Part shown: piece after piece, positions 1 through 8,974 of the stretch
Layout of the letters: every line of letters begins with the position of its first letter
Numbering within the stretch: position 1 is the stretch's first letter
Virus record (IMG/VR): IMGVR_UViG_3300037264_001603
Location: 1 to 64,000 of that record
Source of the DNA: a virus
Reading direction: 5' to 3' (one strand)
Length of the DNA stretch: 64,000 bases
Notes under the pieces: model-generated
The model's database searches: none
Seen by the model: only the letters and a program-made list of their open reading frames with translations
Told to the model about the DNA's origin: nothing
Translations under genes and position numbers: made by a program

Positions 1-166
1 AGGTTTAGGGGAGGACTACGGTATGGTGAGGGTCCCTAGGAAAATGTGGACGCATATGAGAGTGTTAGGGGAGGATTCCTTGACAGCACTGGAAGAGTAT
101 CTTATGATTCTTCCTGTGGAGGCGTGCTGGCACAGGCGCATCTTAAGGAGACCCGATGGAATTTGA
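1..166 (+). CDS. 3' part of a hypothetical protein (runs off the window start)
   Basis: Frame open from nt 2 to TGA at 164-166, overlapping the next ATG. Confidence 0.5.
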   Translation, partial: GLGEDYGMVRVPRKMWTHMRVLGEDSLTALEEYLMILPVEACWHRRILRRPDGI

Positions 167-419
167 AATTACCAAAGAGGGCATCCTCGCCGTGATCAAC
201 GCGTCCAGTAGTCTGAGCAAAGACGACATCCTGGAGTTGGCTAGAGAGAACTTCACTGCGGACGATCTACCTCCTGGGGAACCCTATATGCTCCTCATGC
301 TCGAAGAAGAAGAGCGGATTGACGGAGTAGACCGGGCCCATTGGTTCGTCATCCCCAGAGTCCGGATTGAGGAGATCTGTGTCAATCACTTGGAAGCAAC
401 CGGGCGATCTTGGGACTGA
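156..419 (+). CDS. hypothetical protein
   Basis: 87-aa ORF with AAGGAG SD upstream. Confidence 0.7.
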   Translation: MEFEITKEGILAVINASSSLSKDDILELARENFTADDLPPGEPYMLLMLEEEERIDGVDRAHWFVIPRVRIEEICVNHLEATGRSWD

Positions 420-449
420 AAAAACCCCCTGGAAATGACCTTGAGTTTG

Positions 450-478
450 TTGCAAGTTAGCTCATTCTATCGTATAAT
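450..478 (+). promoter_or_regulatory. sigma70-like promoter
   Basis: TTGCAA-17nt-TATAAT. Confidence 0.75.
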
Positions 479-515
479 TCCTTTCAGGAGCATAGAGATT
501 GCTCTGAGTTCGTGT

Positions 516-579
516 GGATTACGCTCGTAGCGCGCCGAGAAAATTGTGTAAACACCCGGTTTTGCTCGGATTACGCTCG
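516..579 (+). repeat. 12-bp direct repeat GGATTACGCTCG flanking a hairpin in a 5' leader
   Basis: Identical copies at 516-527 and 568-579; CCGAG...CTCGG stem between them. Confidence 0.8.
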
Positions 580-599
580 ATTGCAAAATAGAGGTTTTC

Positions 600-932
600 A
601 TGCTTGAAACTGAGATCATACCCGTAGAGGAAGCCAGCTACGACAAGAAGACTATGCAAGCCAACTTCTCGGCTTTGCTTTATCTTCTCACTGAGCAGCA
701 GGCCATGATTGGCAAATTGCTCCAGGCGTTACTGGATTCGTCAACGATAAACTCACACCAGCTAACTGACATCACAGATACTCACTCGGGCAAGGAAGGA
801 TTGACCCCGACCTATACCCTATTGTACCAGCGCTACGCTCAATACTTCGTACGTACCAAAGCGCTACTAGACAACCCACCCGACGCGGACGGAACTTACC
901 GTGACAAACCCCAGGAGCCTACCAATGAGTAA
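600..932 (+). CDS. helical hypothetical protein, paralogue of 925..1317
   Basis: GAGG SD; ungapped alignment to the next gene (19/84 identities counted by eye). Confidence 0.75.
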   Translation: MLETEIIPVEEASYDKKTMQANFSALLYLLTEQQAMIGKLLQALLDSSTINSHQLTDITDTHSGKEGLTPTYTLLYQRYAQYFVRTKALLDNPPDADGTYRDKPQEPTNE

Positions 933-1317
933 CGGAAACGGTGTAATGGATAAACAGTCCCGCGGCGAATATGAGCAAATCTCCGAGCGCGATAAAGAGA
1001 TCCAGGCATCCTTTTGGGCCATGATCTTCCTGACTTCGGAAATGGCTTTGGCTTTTCGGGCTCTCCGCGACAAGTTACAGGCCCGGGGCTCTTTGCTACC
1101 CGAGGACAACGCTGCCATTGATCAGATTGCCTCCAGTGGGGAGAATCTGCGCCGCGCCTATGAACATATTGAGCATGCCTTCCGCGAGAAGTACGAGCGG
1201 GTCCGGACAGCCATGGACTCCCCCGCAGAAGTTACCGAAGTGGTACACAAGCAACAGGCGCGAGAGACGATTGATTTGAACAAGCCGCAATTCAAGATAG
1301 TTACAGACATGAAGTAG
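925..1317 (+). CDS. helical hypothetical protein, paralogue of 600..932
   Basis: AGGAG SD before ATG 925. Confidence 0.75.
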   Translation: MSNGNGVMDKQSRGEYEQISERDKEIQASFWAMIFLTSEMALAFRALRDKLQARGSLLPEDNAAIDQIASSGENLRRAYEHIEHAFREKYERVRTAMDSPAEVTEVVHKQQARETIDLNKPQFKIVTDMK

Positions 1318-1326
1318 GGGATTATC

Positions 1327-1701
1327 ATGAACAAAGAGATTCACATTGACATGGAAGAGACGACCACCGCTTTGGCCGAAAGGCTAGCCCGCGATACCAT
1401 GTTCCAAGCCATCTGTAAGGGTGAACCTCAAGCCATGCGTCGTCTTGAACAGCAGGGTAGTATCAATATCCCTATCGACCTTCGAAGAGAGGCTCCACTT
1501 GGTCAACGCCAGGTCGAGTCTCTTTTGCGTTTTATGGTCCCGCGCGAAATTGAGCGGGCCCTGGAAGACGCAGAAGGGGACAATAAAGTCTACGACGCAC
1601 TTGGAGAGCATCGAATTTTAGGTAGACCCCGTGGAAAGAACAAGGGGAGGATTCTACAACAATGTGGAAAGCCATCAAAGACGAAATTGCTCGTGACGTG
1701 A
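1327..1701 (+). CDS. hypothetical protein
   Basis: 124-aa ORF in tightly packed operon. Confidence 0.65.
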   Translation: MNKEIHIDMEETTTALAERLARDTMFQAICKGEPQAMRRLEQQGSINIPIDLRREAPLGQRQVESLLRFMVPREIERALEDAEGDNKVYDALGEHRILGRPRGKNKGRILQQCGKPSKTKLLVT

Positions 1702-1820
1702 AAGGACTTTTGGCTTTACTCGGCATCCTGTTCCTGATCTCTATTCCAGGTTGGGGAGTGCTTGGCTTCCTCTACTTCCTGAACCAGTTCTGCAAAGCTC
1801 TGGGCATTGACGTCCAGTAG
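1662..1820 (+). CDS. small membrane protein
   Basis: GGAGG SD; MWKAIKDEIARDVKGLLALLGILFLISIPGWGVLGFLYFL... hydrophobic segment. Confidence 0.55.
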   Translation: MWKAIKDEIARDVKGLLALLGILFLISIPGWGVLGFLYFLNQFCKALGIDVQ

Positions 1821-2013
1821 GAGCGTGGGCATGTTGCTGTTTCTGTTACGATTGGTACTAGGCTGCCTTGTAGCTATTGGCTGCTGGCTCTTTGGAACCG
1901 CTATAGGAGTGCTGTTGTTTCCTAATGGTTCCCCCGCCGAAAATTTGGCAATTGTGCCCTCGGCTGCGGGCCTGTTCGTTGGGATTCAACTCGCTTTCCG
2001 ACGAGTGTGGTAG
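1807..2013 (+). CDS. small two-TM membrane protein
   Basis: Two hydrophobic helices; start uncertain. Confidence 0.55.
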   Translation: MTSSRSVGMLLFLLRLVLGCLVAIGCWLFGTAIGVLLFPNGSPAENLAIVPSAAGLFVGIQLAFRRVW

Positions 2014-2039
2014 AATGAAAGGTTCCAAGGAGGAGCTGA

Positions 2040-2858
2040 GTGCCAATTCTGACGAACGTATCGCTCCAGTTCGATGGGAAAAACGAATACCTGGAGAATG
2101 CGTTTCAGCAGGCGATCGGGATAGCCAACCTATGGACTATTACGATCTGGATCAAACCGAAAGAGACGCCTAGTGTTTTTACGGCTTCCGGCCAGCCCCT
2201 TTTTAAGCCAGACGGAAAAGCTCTCCTCCACATCAAGGGAGTGCTGCACAGAAACGAGGTTCTGATTTGGGGAGACCGGATCAAGGACAGCGTTAGCGAA
2301 GAATTCATTGTAGTAGAGAACTGGAATGCAGACTCGGGTCGCATTCGAGTTACCAGATTCAACATGGCCCAGAAGCGACAGGAGTGGCGACTTTTTGCCT
2401 GTGCTTGGGATGGTAATAACTTGACTGCCTGGGATAATGGCATCAAGTTGACAGATACATACGACACGGTTTCAGGAACCGGGTCTTTCATCATGGAAGA
2501 CCCGACCACGTCCGGGCGGACTCGCGCATTGCGCTTAGGGGTGGCCTATACGGGCTCACCCTACACATTAGAAGACCCGCGGCTAGTGGCGTGGTCGGGA
2601 CTCCTTGGTCCCGTCGGAGTTTGGAACACGGTACTGGGCGATCTTGAACTAGGAGCGATTGCTTCTGGAACGTTCGCATACGACCTGAGTACCAACTCTG
2701 GGACCTATACCTCCAGTGGAACTTTAGTTCACTGGTGGCGGTTAGGTGCCGATAGTGCCGATATAGGCAAAGACTACACCCCAACGGGGGACAAATCAAT
2801 AAACATCGGAGTTGACGCCACCGTCACCGGCACCAACATAGTAGTGGATTCGCCATGA
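2040..2858 (+). CDS. LamG/concanavalin A-like beta-sandwich virion protein
   Basis: SLxFDGxxxY, WTITIWIKP, WDG, W-N-xxL, LVHWWRLG motifs; paralogue of 18879..19685. Confidence 0.75.
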   Translation: MPILTNVSLQFDGKNEYLENAFQQAIGIANLWTITIWIKPKETPSVFTASGQPLFKPDGKALLHIKGVLHRNEVLIWGDRIKDSVSEEFIVVENWNADSGRIRVTRFNMAQKRQEWRLFACAWDGNNLTAWDNGIKLTDTYDTVSGTGSFIMEDPTTSGRTRALRLGVAYTGSPYTLEDPRLVAWSGLLGPVGVWNTVLGDLELGAIASGTFAYDLSTNSGTYTSSGTLVHWWRLGADSADIGKDYTPTGDKSINIGVDATVTGTNIVVDSP

Positions 2859-3580
2859 CCGCGGAGAATGGATTCAATAGAGCGCCGATACAGAGTACGG
2901 CTACTAATGGTCCTCTTTTCACGGACCAGGAATTTTCCTGGGTCCACACGGAAGGCATTACTGGAAGTGGTTCTTTCCTCGTGATCTTCGTAGGCTCGAT
3001 TGAAACTAGTCGAGAAGGAAGAGCACAGGCACTTAGCGCGACTTTTTCAGGAGCCACCAATCAAATGTTAACTCTGGCACACGAGTTAACAGGTAATGGC
3101 CGTGCATTTCCTTCGGCCCACATTTTCACATTGACCGAGCCTGACTTTGAGGGAACCTATCCCGATACAAGCGGGACCATCACGGTGAGAATGAATGAAC
3201 CCGTGTCCAATGCTCACGCCCTCTCTGTAGTTTTTTCGGGCGTGAACACTACGTCTCTAGGTTATTCGCCGAGCAGTTTCCGCAGCCGGGTAGAAAACAA
3301 TATCACATCTACCGGAACCTTAAGCGGCTCTCTCTCAGCAGTTCCTGGAGACCTACTAGTAGATTGTGTCGTAGCCAACGCGGGTATTCCCGACGATCAT
3401 ACGCTGGGATCCGATCAGATTTTGATTGACCATCTTTATCTGAATTCGGGAGAAAGCGCAGCCATGTCAGTAAGTCACAAGTTCGCCAGCACCGCAGCAC
3501 ACACTAAGGGTATGTTCCGTAGCGGAGTTACCGCTCTGGACACCGTTAGTGAAGTCAAATTCGTGGTAAAGATGCACTGA
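2855..3580 (+). CDS. Ser/Thr/Gly-rich beta protein, LamG partner (probable virion protein)
   Basis: Paralogue of 19685..20377 (LLVDCV/VLVDVC, HTLGSDQ/HTLGASQ). Confidence 0.65.
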   Translation: MTAENGFNRAPIQSTATNGPLFTDQEFSWVHTEGITGSGSFLVIFVGSIETSREGRAQALSATFSGATNQMLTLAHELTGNGRAFPSAHIFTLTEPDFEGTYPDTSGTITVRMNEPVSNAHALSVVFSGVNTTSLGYSPSSFRSRVENNITSTGTLSGSLSAVPGDLLVDCVVANAGIPDDHTLGSDQILIDHLYLNSGESAAMSVSHKFASTAAHTKGMFRSGVTALDTVSEVKFVVKMH

Positions 3581-3733
3581 TGTCTACCGAGGATTTCTTC
3601 TTCAACATTCTCAAAGAGTACGTAGAGAAGCTAGGTAAACCAAAACCCTCTTTGACTGAAGAGGAAGTTCGGGAGCTAGAAACTCAAGCCACCGATAGAG
3701 AAGAACAGGAGAGGGAAACCCCTACTCCAGAGG

Positions 3734-3997
3734 ATGACAATGAGTAAGGTATTGCTAGATCATGCAGAGAAGGTCCGCGACCGCTATGAAGTGCTGGTAG
3801 ACAAAATACCAACCGAGGACAAGATCATTATGGCACATGAAGCCGAACAGAATGCAAGTTTGGCCCCCTGGGAGATTTCCGAAATTGTGCAAAGCGCACT
3901 AGCCGAACTTCCAGAGGGCATGGAAGAGCATGTCGATGTCCTATTCGATGTAGTTTATGATGCAGTGTCTGAGGCCCTAGAGCGGGCGCGAGGGTAA
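3734..3997 (+). CDS. hypothetical acidic protein
   Basis: ORF in packed operon. Confidence 0.6.
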   Translation: MTMSKVLLDHAEKVRDRYEVLVDKIPTEDKIIMAHEAEQNASLAPWEISEIVQSALAELPEGMEEHVDVLFDVVYDAVSEALERARG

Positions 3998-4126
3998 CTA
4001 TGCCCAGTGAATTGCTCCTAGAGCAGAAGCAGAAAATCATCAATCGAATCGAGGGTGAGAGGGCTTATATCCAGCCGGAACTCATTTCGGCTTTGGCCCT
4101 CATCGAAATTCTGGAGAGACTGGAGA

Positions 4127-4327
4127 ATGAAAAGGACCAAAATCTACGTTGATGGATTTTTGGCGGCGGAAATTGACACTCCCAGCACTAGGTATTTGCT
4201 GGACCAAGAGATCAAGACCAATCCACTCATTCAGGCTGCCCTCAAGGACAAGAAGATCCTCAACACTGTCCCCATCCCCCACGATTACCCCCAATTCGTA
4301 ATCGTGGCCACGGAGTTATCCGAATGA
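4127..4327 (+). CDS. small protein resembling the LeuRS C-terminal domain
   Basis: KIYVDG-xx-AEIDTP...NPLIQAALKDKKILNTVPIP...FVIV pattern; GGAG SD. Confidence 0.5.
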   Translation: MKRTKIYVDGFLAAEIDTPSTRYLLDQEIKTNPLIQAALKDKKILNTVPIPHDYPQFVIVATELSE

Positions 4328-4560
4328 TTACCTATTTCTCCCTAGATACCCTTTCGCATTTTGGGGGTTGTACCCTCAAGATCTTTGTGGACGGGGAGTT
4401 GGCAGATACTTTTGATGTTCCCAAAGAGCCCGCGCCTGGGGACCAACTTACTACCCCCAAACTCACTGCAGTCTTAGAAGGACGAGACGTCGTCAGTGTG
4501 AACTTTGTGGGGACGATGGTACTTGTAACCACTCGTCCCGAGATTGCGGATGGGGACTGA
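4324..4560 (+). CDS. second LeuRS C-terminal-domain-like protein
   Basis: KIFVDGELADTFDVP...PKLTAVLEGRDVVSVNFVGTMVLV. Confidence 0.5.
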   Translation: MITYFSLDTLSHFGGCTLKIFVDGELADTFDVPKEPAPGDQLTTPKLTAVLEGRDVVSVNFVGTMVLVTTRPEIADGD

Positions 4561-4751
4561 TGCGCAAGGAAGACTTCGTCTGTGACTTCTGTGATCAGCC
4601 GGCGTCCAAGCTTCGACGAGTGGCTCTCGATGGGGACTATGACCGCTTGACAGCTGGACACAAGCCCAAGTACGCCTGTGAGCCTTGCAGCGTCCAGAAA
4701 GAGAAAGAGCGTATGGGTTTGGAGCGCGGCCCGAAAAAAGCCAAATTTTGA
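4560..4751 (+). CDS. small C4 zinc-finger protein
   Basis: CDFC...CEPC; loosely like the ClpX zinc-binding domain. Confidence 0.65.
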   Translation: MRKEDFVCDFCDQPASKLRRVALDGDYDRLTAGHKPKYACEPCSVQKEKERMGLERGPKKAKF

Positions 4752-4841
4752 GCGCGCGCTAAACGAATAGGGTTCCACCCAGTAGGGAGAGAGGAAGGAC
4801 TTTCCAATCCACTCTCCCTCCTATAATCCCGTAGAGGCGAT

Positions 4842-5180
4842 ATGACTACCAAGAATCAGGTAGAGCAGCAACTACGTACCAGTTGGGATTTACCAGAGAC
4901 AACCAAGCATCTCCAGCATGTGGTGCAGGAGATAGAGAAGTGTGTTCCAGGAGAGCGTACCAAAGAGCTGATGTATGAGCTGGTTTGTATGGTCATGGAA
5001 TGTGGCGAAAGACTGCATGAGCTGGAGACCCGTATGGCAACCGGCAATATTGTGGAGGATAATGCCAAAAGGGAAGAGAGATATCGAGTGGAATTGCAAC
5101 AGGCCAAACGGAAGGGTGAGGAAGGTACCAATGCGTACTACCATCACGATCCTGCTGATGTCAAGAACTGGCGTGGCTAA
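4842..5180 (+). CDS. hypothetical coiled-coil protein
   Basis: GAGG SD; TATAAT at 4822. Confidence 0.65.
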   Translation: MTTKNQVEQQLRTSWDLPETTKHLQHVVQEIEKCVPGERTKELMYELVCMVMECGERLHELETRMATGNIVEDNAKREERYRVELQQAKRKGEEGTNAYYHHDPADVKNWRG

Positions 5181-5254
5181 AAGCAGTTACAATAGGGGAA
5201 TTGGCTATACCCAAACGCGCGAAATTTTTTCACAAAGGCCAGACCTAAAGCTTG

Positions 5255-5283
5255 TTGACTTTCCAGGGTTTCTGCGGTATAAT
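5255..5283 (+). promoter_or_regulatory. sigma70-like promoter
   Basis: TTGACT-17nt-TATAAT. Confidence 0.85.
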
Positions 5284-5307
5284 TGAAGAGTCGAGAACTC
5301 ACAGGAA

Positions 5308-5730
5308 ATGGAGACCATGAGCGATCACCACTACGAACGAAACTGGTTGACCAAAAGGGAAATCTATCGAAAACCAGGAGAACTCTACCTTAGCCGCTAC
5401 GTCATTTTCCGATGTCGGTGGTTTGGTGCGTACATCCATAAGTTCTGGATTTCGGATTACGATGTTCCCCATGATCACCCCTGGAATTTCCTATCGATTC
5501 CGCTAACCACCGGGTACCGGGAGCATTTGCCTGACGGGACCAGTATTTGGCGGGGAGCCCTCAATCCCAAGTTCCGCACCGCAAACGAGTTTCATTGGGT
5601 GGAACTGGAGAAGGGCCCCGCTTGGACGTTTTTCCTGCATGGACGCCGACGTCGTGAATGGGGATTTTTGACCAAAGACGGATGGGTGGACAACGAAACG
5701 TACAACAAAAGCTTAGGCCTGTCCCAATAG
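5308..5730 (+). CDS. cupin-fold protein of a common phage family
   Basis: YLxRY, HKF, PHDHPW, GYREH, FHWV, WGF motifs. Confidence 0.75.
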   Translation: METMSDHHYERNWLTKREIYRKPGELYLSRYVIFRCRWFGAYIHKFWISDYDVPHDHPWNFLSIPLTTGYREHLPDGTSIWRGALNPKFRTANEFHWVELEKGPAWTFFLHGRRRREWGFLTKDGWVDNETYNKSLGLSQ

Positions 5731-5738
5731 GAGAGCGT

Positions 5739-6026
5739 ATGAACTTCTGGTCAATTTACCTTCCTGTCTTTGCTGCCTTAGTCAGTGCATTCGCTGTTAC
5801 AGAAGTGTTCCATCTCGGACTAGGGTACTATTTTCACAAGAAGCAGGAAAAGCTACGCAAGGAATTTGAAGAGAAGGTAGCTCGGGGTGAAATTGATCCC
5901 ATGCAAATGATGTTTGGTGGGATGGGGCCGCCGCCTGGAATGAGCTACAACCCGCTACCCACCGTAGAAGGTACCGAGAATGTCATAGTGCCAACTACGA
6001 AAGAAGGACATGGTCAGTACCTTTAA
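5739..6026 (+). CDS. single-pass membrane protein
   Basis: N-terminal hydrophobic helix; GGAG SD. Confidence 0.6.
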   Translation: MNFWSIYLPVFAALVSAFAVTEVFHLGLGYYFHKKQEKLRKEFEEKVARGEIDPMQMMFGGMGPPPGMSYNPLPTVEGTENVIVPTTKEGHGQYL

Positions 6027-6603
6027 CACTCTGGTCCAGATCGCAGCGTTGACTTACGATTGTAATGCGTGCGGGTTGTGTGCCACGAGAAACAACAGCG
6101 TTCCCGGAGAAGGACATTCCCGAGCACGTTTGATGTTCGTTGGAGAAGGTCCGGGAGAAACAGAGGACGCGGAGGGGCGTCCCTTCGTAGGGAAAGCCGG
6201 GGCGTTACTCAATGAAGCCCTGCGGTTGGCAGACATTGAGCGCGAGGCGGTGTTTATCACCAACGTGGTAAAATGTCGTCCTCCAGGCAATCGAAATCCG
6301 TCCCAAGAAGAAATGACAAGTTGCTCACCATACCTGTTCAAACAGATTGAAGTAATCAAACCTGGGATGATCGTTCTTCTAGGTAAAGTAGCATCGGAGT
6401 TTCTTCTACAGCGGCCGGTGAAAATTACCAAAGAGAATGGTAAATTGGATTTCCTCCCCAGCGGTACTTGTGTGATGCCGGTTTTACACCCGGCCTATGT
6501 TTTGCGAAATCATCAGCCGGAAGTACGTGCAAGTTTCTTCCGAGCTATCCAAGATGCGAGGAACATAGCCTATGGAAACTCCGATCCTGGATTACATGCG
6601 TAA
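6010..6603 (+). CDS. udg: uracil-DNA glycosylase, family 4 (Fe-S)
   Basis: CxxCxL, GEGPG, GRPFVG, NVVKCRPPGNR, HPAY. Confidence 0.93.
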   Translation: MVSTFNTLVQIAALTYDCNACGLCATRNNSVPGEGHSRARLMFVGEGPGETEDAEGRPFVGKAGALLNEALRLADIEREAVFITNVVKCRPPGNRNPSQEEMTSCSPYLFKQIEVIKPGMIVLLGKVASEFLLQRPVKITKENGKLDFLPSGTCVMPVLHPAYVLRNHQPEVRASFFRAIQDARNIAYGNSDPGLHA

Positions 6604-6867
6604 GGTTCTAGATGAACACACCTTGCCGCTGGCTGATCGTGGTGCGGGGCTAGTAGATGCTCCTTGGTTGGTCGACATGATCCACAAGGTGGAGGAAGTG
6701 TACAAGAATGACCAGCCACGTTAGCCTACCTCCACTGCAAGACTATGCACACAAATTGATGCTCTTGGAGGCCATTCGCTGCTACACAGAGCAGGATTAT
6801 TACGGGCTGAAGTGGATCGAAGTACAAATGTTCACCTTCGTGAACCGATTGCGGGAGTTGGATAAAC

Positions 6868-7107
6868 TTGACCGATAACAAAGATGATGACAATCTTCAT
6901 GAGGGAAGTGATAATCTGATTTGCTTCAATTTCGTGATTGATCTACACGACAATCGCGACCCAGGGGCTTGGGATAGAATCCTTGATGCGTTCATCGAGG
7001 CCGTTGAAAAAGAAGGTGCGTGCGCAGGCGGGGGCCTCCACGAAACTGGAACCAACAAGTATTGCGACATCTGTCAGGAAGAGGACGATGACGATGGAGA
7101 ACTTTAG
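6868..7107 (+). CDS. YggL (DUF469)-like small protein
   Basis: FNFVIDL...DRILDAFIEAVEKEGxCAGGG resembles the YggL core. Confidence 0.45.
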   Translation: MTDNKDDDNLHEGSDNLICFNFVIDLHDNRDPGAWDRILDAFIEAVEKEGACAGGGLHETGTNKYCDICQEEDDDDGEL

Positions 7108-7387
7108 GGAGATTGGGGAATACATCCGCGCGCACTTTATGGGCTGTCGGTTTGTGGGCATCTCCAGTGATAATGAGGTCTTCATCGAATTCGAGAACGA
7201 TGATCTCGATATCCACCTAGGCACTTCCCAACGACTACGGGAACTCTTTCCCTACATCGCCAAGGTGACGACGGTAGTGAAACCATCTCTTGCTCAGGTC
7301 AAGCAGATGGTAGATGAACTGAATTCTCTTTTGGAAGAGCCAAAGCCTGCTCCGAAACCACCCCTGCTGGGCATTGGAGAGTTCTAG
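7094..7387 (+). CDS. degenerate NifU C-terminal-like domain lacking CxxC
   Basis: IGEYIRAH..CRFVGI...VFIEF...GTSQRLRELFPYIAKVTTV. Confidence 0.45.
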   Translation: MENFREIGEYIRAHFMGCRFVGISSDNEVFIEFENDDLDIHLGTSQRLRELFPYIAKVTTVVKPSLAQVKQMVDELNSLLEEPKPAPKPPLLGIGEF

Positions 7388-7392
7388 GTTGC

Positions 7393-7641
7393 ATGGCGAT
7401 CCCACTCAGATCTCTCATTGACAAGTTAGCAGTAGAGAGGGGCGAACGTCGCGGCAAGGTGTTCCACCTAAAGATCTCTACCAACGAGTTGTTGGTACTA
7501 TTGGCAATGCAACCTAATGCCTCCACCCACCGCACCGTTAAAGCGTTGGTAGAAACACATTACCCCGGCACTAAGGTAGAGGCGCTAAGTTACGATGCAT
7601 CTGGTGGGTTTCGATTATACATCAAGATTTGGAGTAAGTAA
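7393..7641 (+). CDS. hypothetical protein
   Basis: ORF coupled to ndk (TAATG). Confidence 0.6.
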   Translation: MAIPLRSLIDKLAVERGERRGKVFHLKISTNELLVLLAMQPNASTHRTVKALVETHYPGTKVEALSYDASGGFRLYIKIWSK

Positions 7642-8093
7642 TGGCCGGACAATTGACTTTTGCTATTATCAAACCACACGCGGTACTATCCCGCAAGGTG
7701 GGCAAGATTATCGACAGAATTGAAGAAGGTGGTTTCGGTATCGTATTGGCCAAGACCATTCAACTACATCTGGACGGGGCGCGCGAGTTCTACAAGGAAC
7801 ACAAGGACAAGCCCTTCTATGATAACCTATGTCGTACCATGTGCGGCGGGCCCGTATGGGCCCTAGTTCTAGCCAAGCCCAACGCCGTAGGTGAGTGGCG
7901 AGGATTTATCGGTGCCACCAATCCCGCAGAAGCGGAAGAGGGAACTCTCCGTAGGGAATTTGGGGATCAGCAGAACATTACCAATAATGCGGTTCACGGA
8001 TCCGCAACAGATCACGATGCCAAGCGGGAGATCAACTTCTTCTTTGGACGCGAGATCAAATTGGCGGAGAAGTTGCATGAGATTGGTAACTAA
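7641..8093 (+). CDS. ndk: nucleoside diphosphate kinase
   Basis: TFAIIKP, FYKEH.DKPFY, GATNP, GTLR, NAVHGS. Confidence 0.95.
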   Translation: MAGQLTFAIIKPHAVLSRKVGKIIDRIEEGGFGIVLAKTIQLHLDGAREFYKEHKDKPFYDNLCRTMCGGPVWALVLAKPNAVGEWRGFIGATNPAEAEEGTLRREFGDQQNITNNAVHGSATDHDAKREINFFFGREIKLAEKLHEIGN

Positions 8094-8592
8094 CCGCGAT
8101 TTCAAGCGCGATGATTTTGAGAAGAGACTTCGGTACGTTTGTGAACCTGTGTCCCGAGTCACCCCTCAGTTGCGCGACGTGGCCTTGGATTTAGTGTCCA
8201 CGATGTACAAGCATAACGCAATTGGACTTGCTGCCAATCAAGTGGGTCTGCGGATTAGACTTTGTGCCCTGGACCCCGCGTGGATGAATGGTCAAAAGAT
8301 GCCGATAGTAATGTTCAACCCCGAGTTCATTGAATGTGGGGAAGAACTGTATGACTCGCCCGAAGGTTGTTTGAGTTTACCTGATTTGGGTTTACGCGTT
8401 CCGCGCTTTAGAAACGTCGTTGTACGTTTTCTGGGCTTGGACAACAACACGTACACTATCAAAGATGACAGAAGCCTACTCTCAACCGTCATGCAGCATG
8501 AGGTTGACCATCTCAACGGAATTTTGATGACAGACCGTGCCATCGAGCCGGTGGAGGTTATCTACAAAGATAGTATCGTCAAGGGGGACTAA
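8077..8592 (+). CDS. def: peptide deformylase
   Basis: GLAANQVG, EGCLS, QHEVDHLNG. Confidence 0.95.
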   Translation: MRLVTNRDFKRDDFEKRLRYVCEPVSRVTPQLRDVALDLVSTMYKHNAIGLAANQVGLRIRLCALDPAWMNGQKMPIVMFNPEFIECGEELYDSPEGCLSLPDLGLRVPRFRNVVVRFLGLDNNTYTIKDDRSLLSTVMQHEVDHLNGILMTDRAIEPVEVIYKDSIVKGD

Positions 8593-8596
8593 GGGT

Positions 8597-8974
8597 ATGA
8601 TGACAAAGAACTCTGTCGTACTCTGGAAAGACGTACACGAGATTTCCCACAAGGTGTGTAAGTACTATGGACTTCGGTATGCCAAGATCCTACCGGAGAC
8701 CCGTAAGCTGGCAAAGCATTATGGCGAGTGCCAGGCTTGCGAGAAGTGTGTAAGAGCCGAGCATATCAACAATAGAAACTGTAACGAGAAGAGCCTCCAT
8801 ATCCGAGTTCACCAGCTAAACAAGCCGAGGGTGCCTTTAGCAACCTCAACCATCTTGCGCACTCTTGCCCATGAACTCGCACACCTTCGGGAGTGGGACC
8901 ATGGGAGAGCGCACAGATCTTTTGAAAAAGAGATCGTAGAATACATCAAGGAACTAGGATACGACGTGATCTAA
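8597..8974 (+). CDS. small zincin metallopeptidase (WLM/SprT/M48-like)
   Basis: HELAH...H...F motif. Confidence 0.7.
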   Translation: MMTKNSVVLWKDVHEISHKVCKYYGLRYAKILPETRKLAKHYGECQACEKCVRAEHINNRNCNEKSLHIRVHQLNKPRVPLATSTILRTLAHELAHLREWDHGRAHRSFEKEIVEYIKELGYDVI

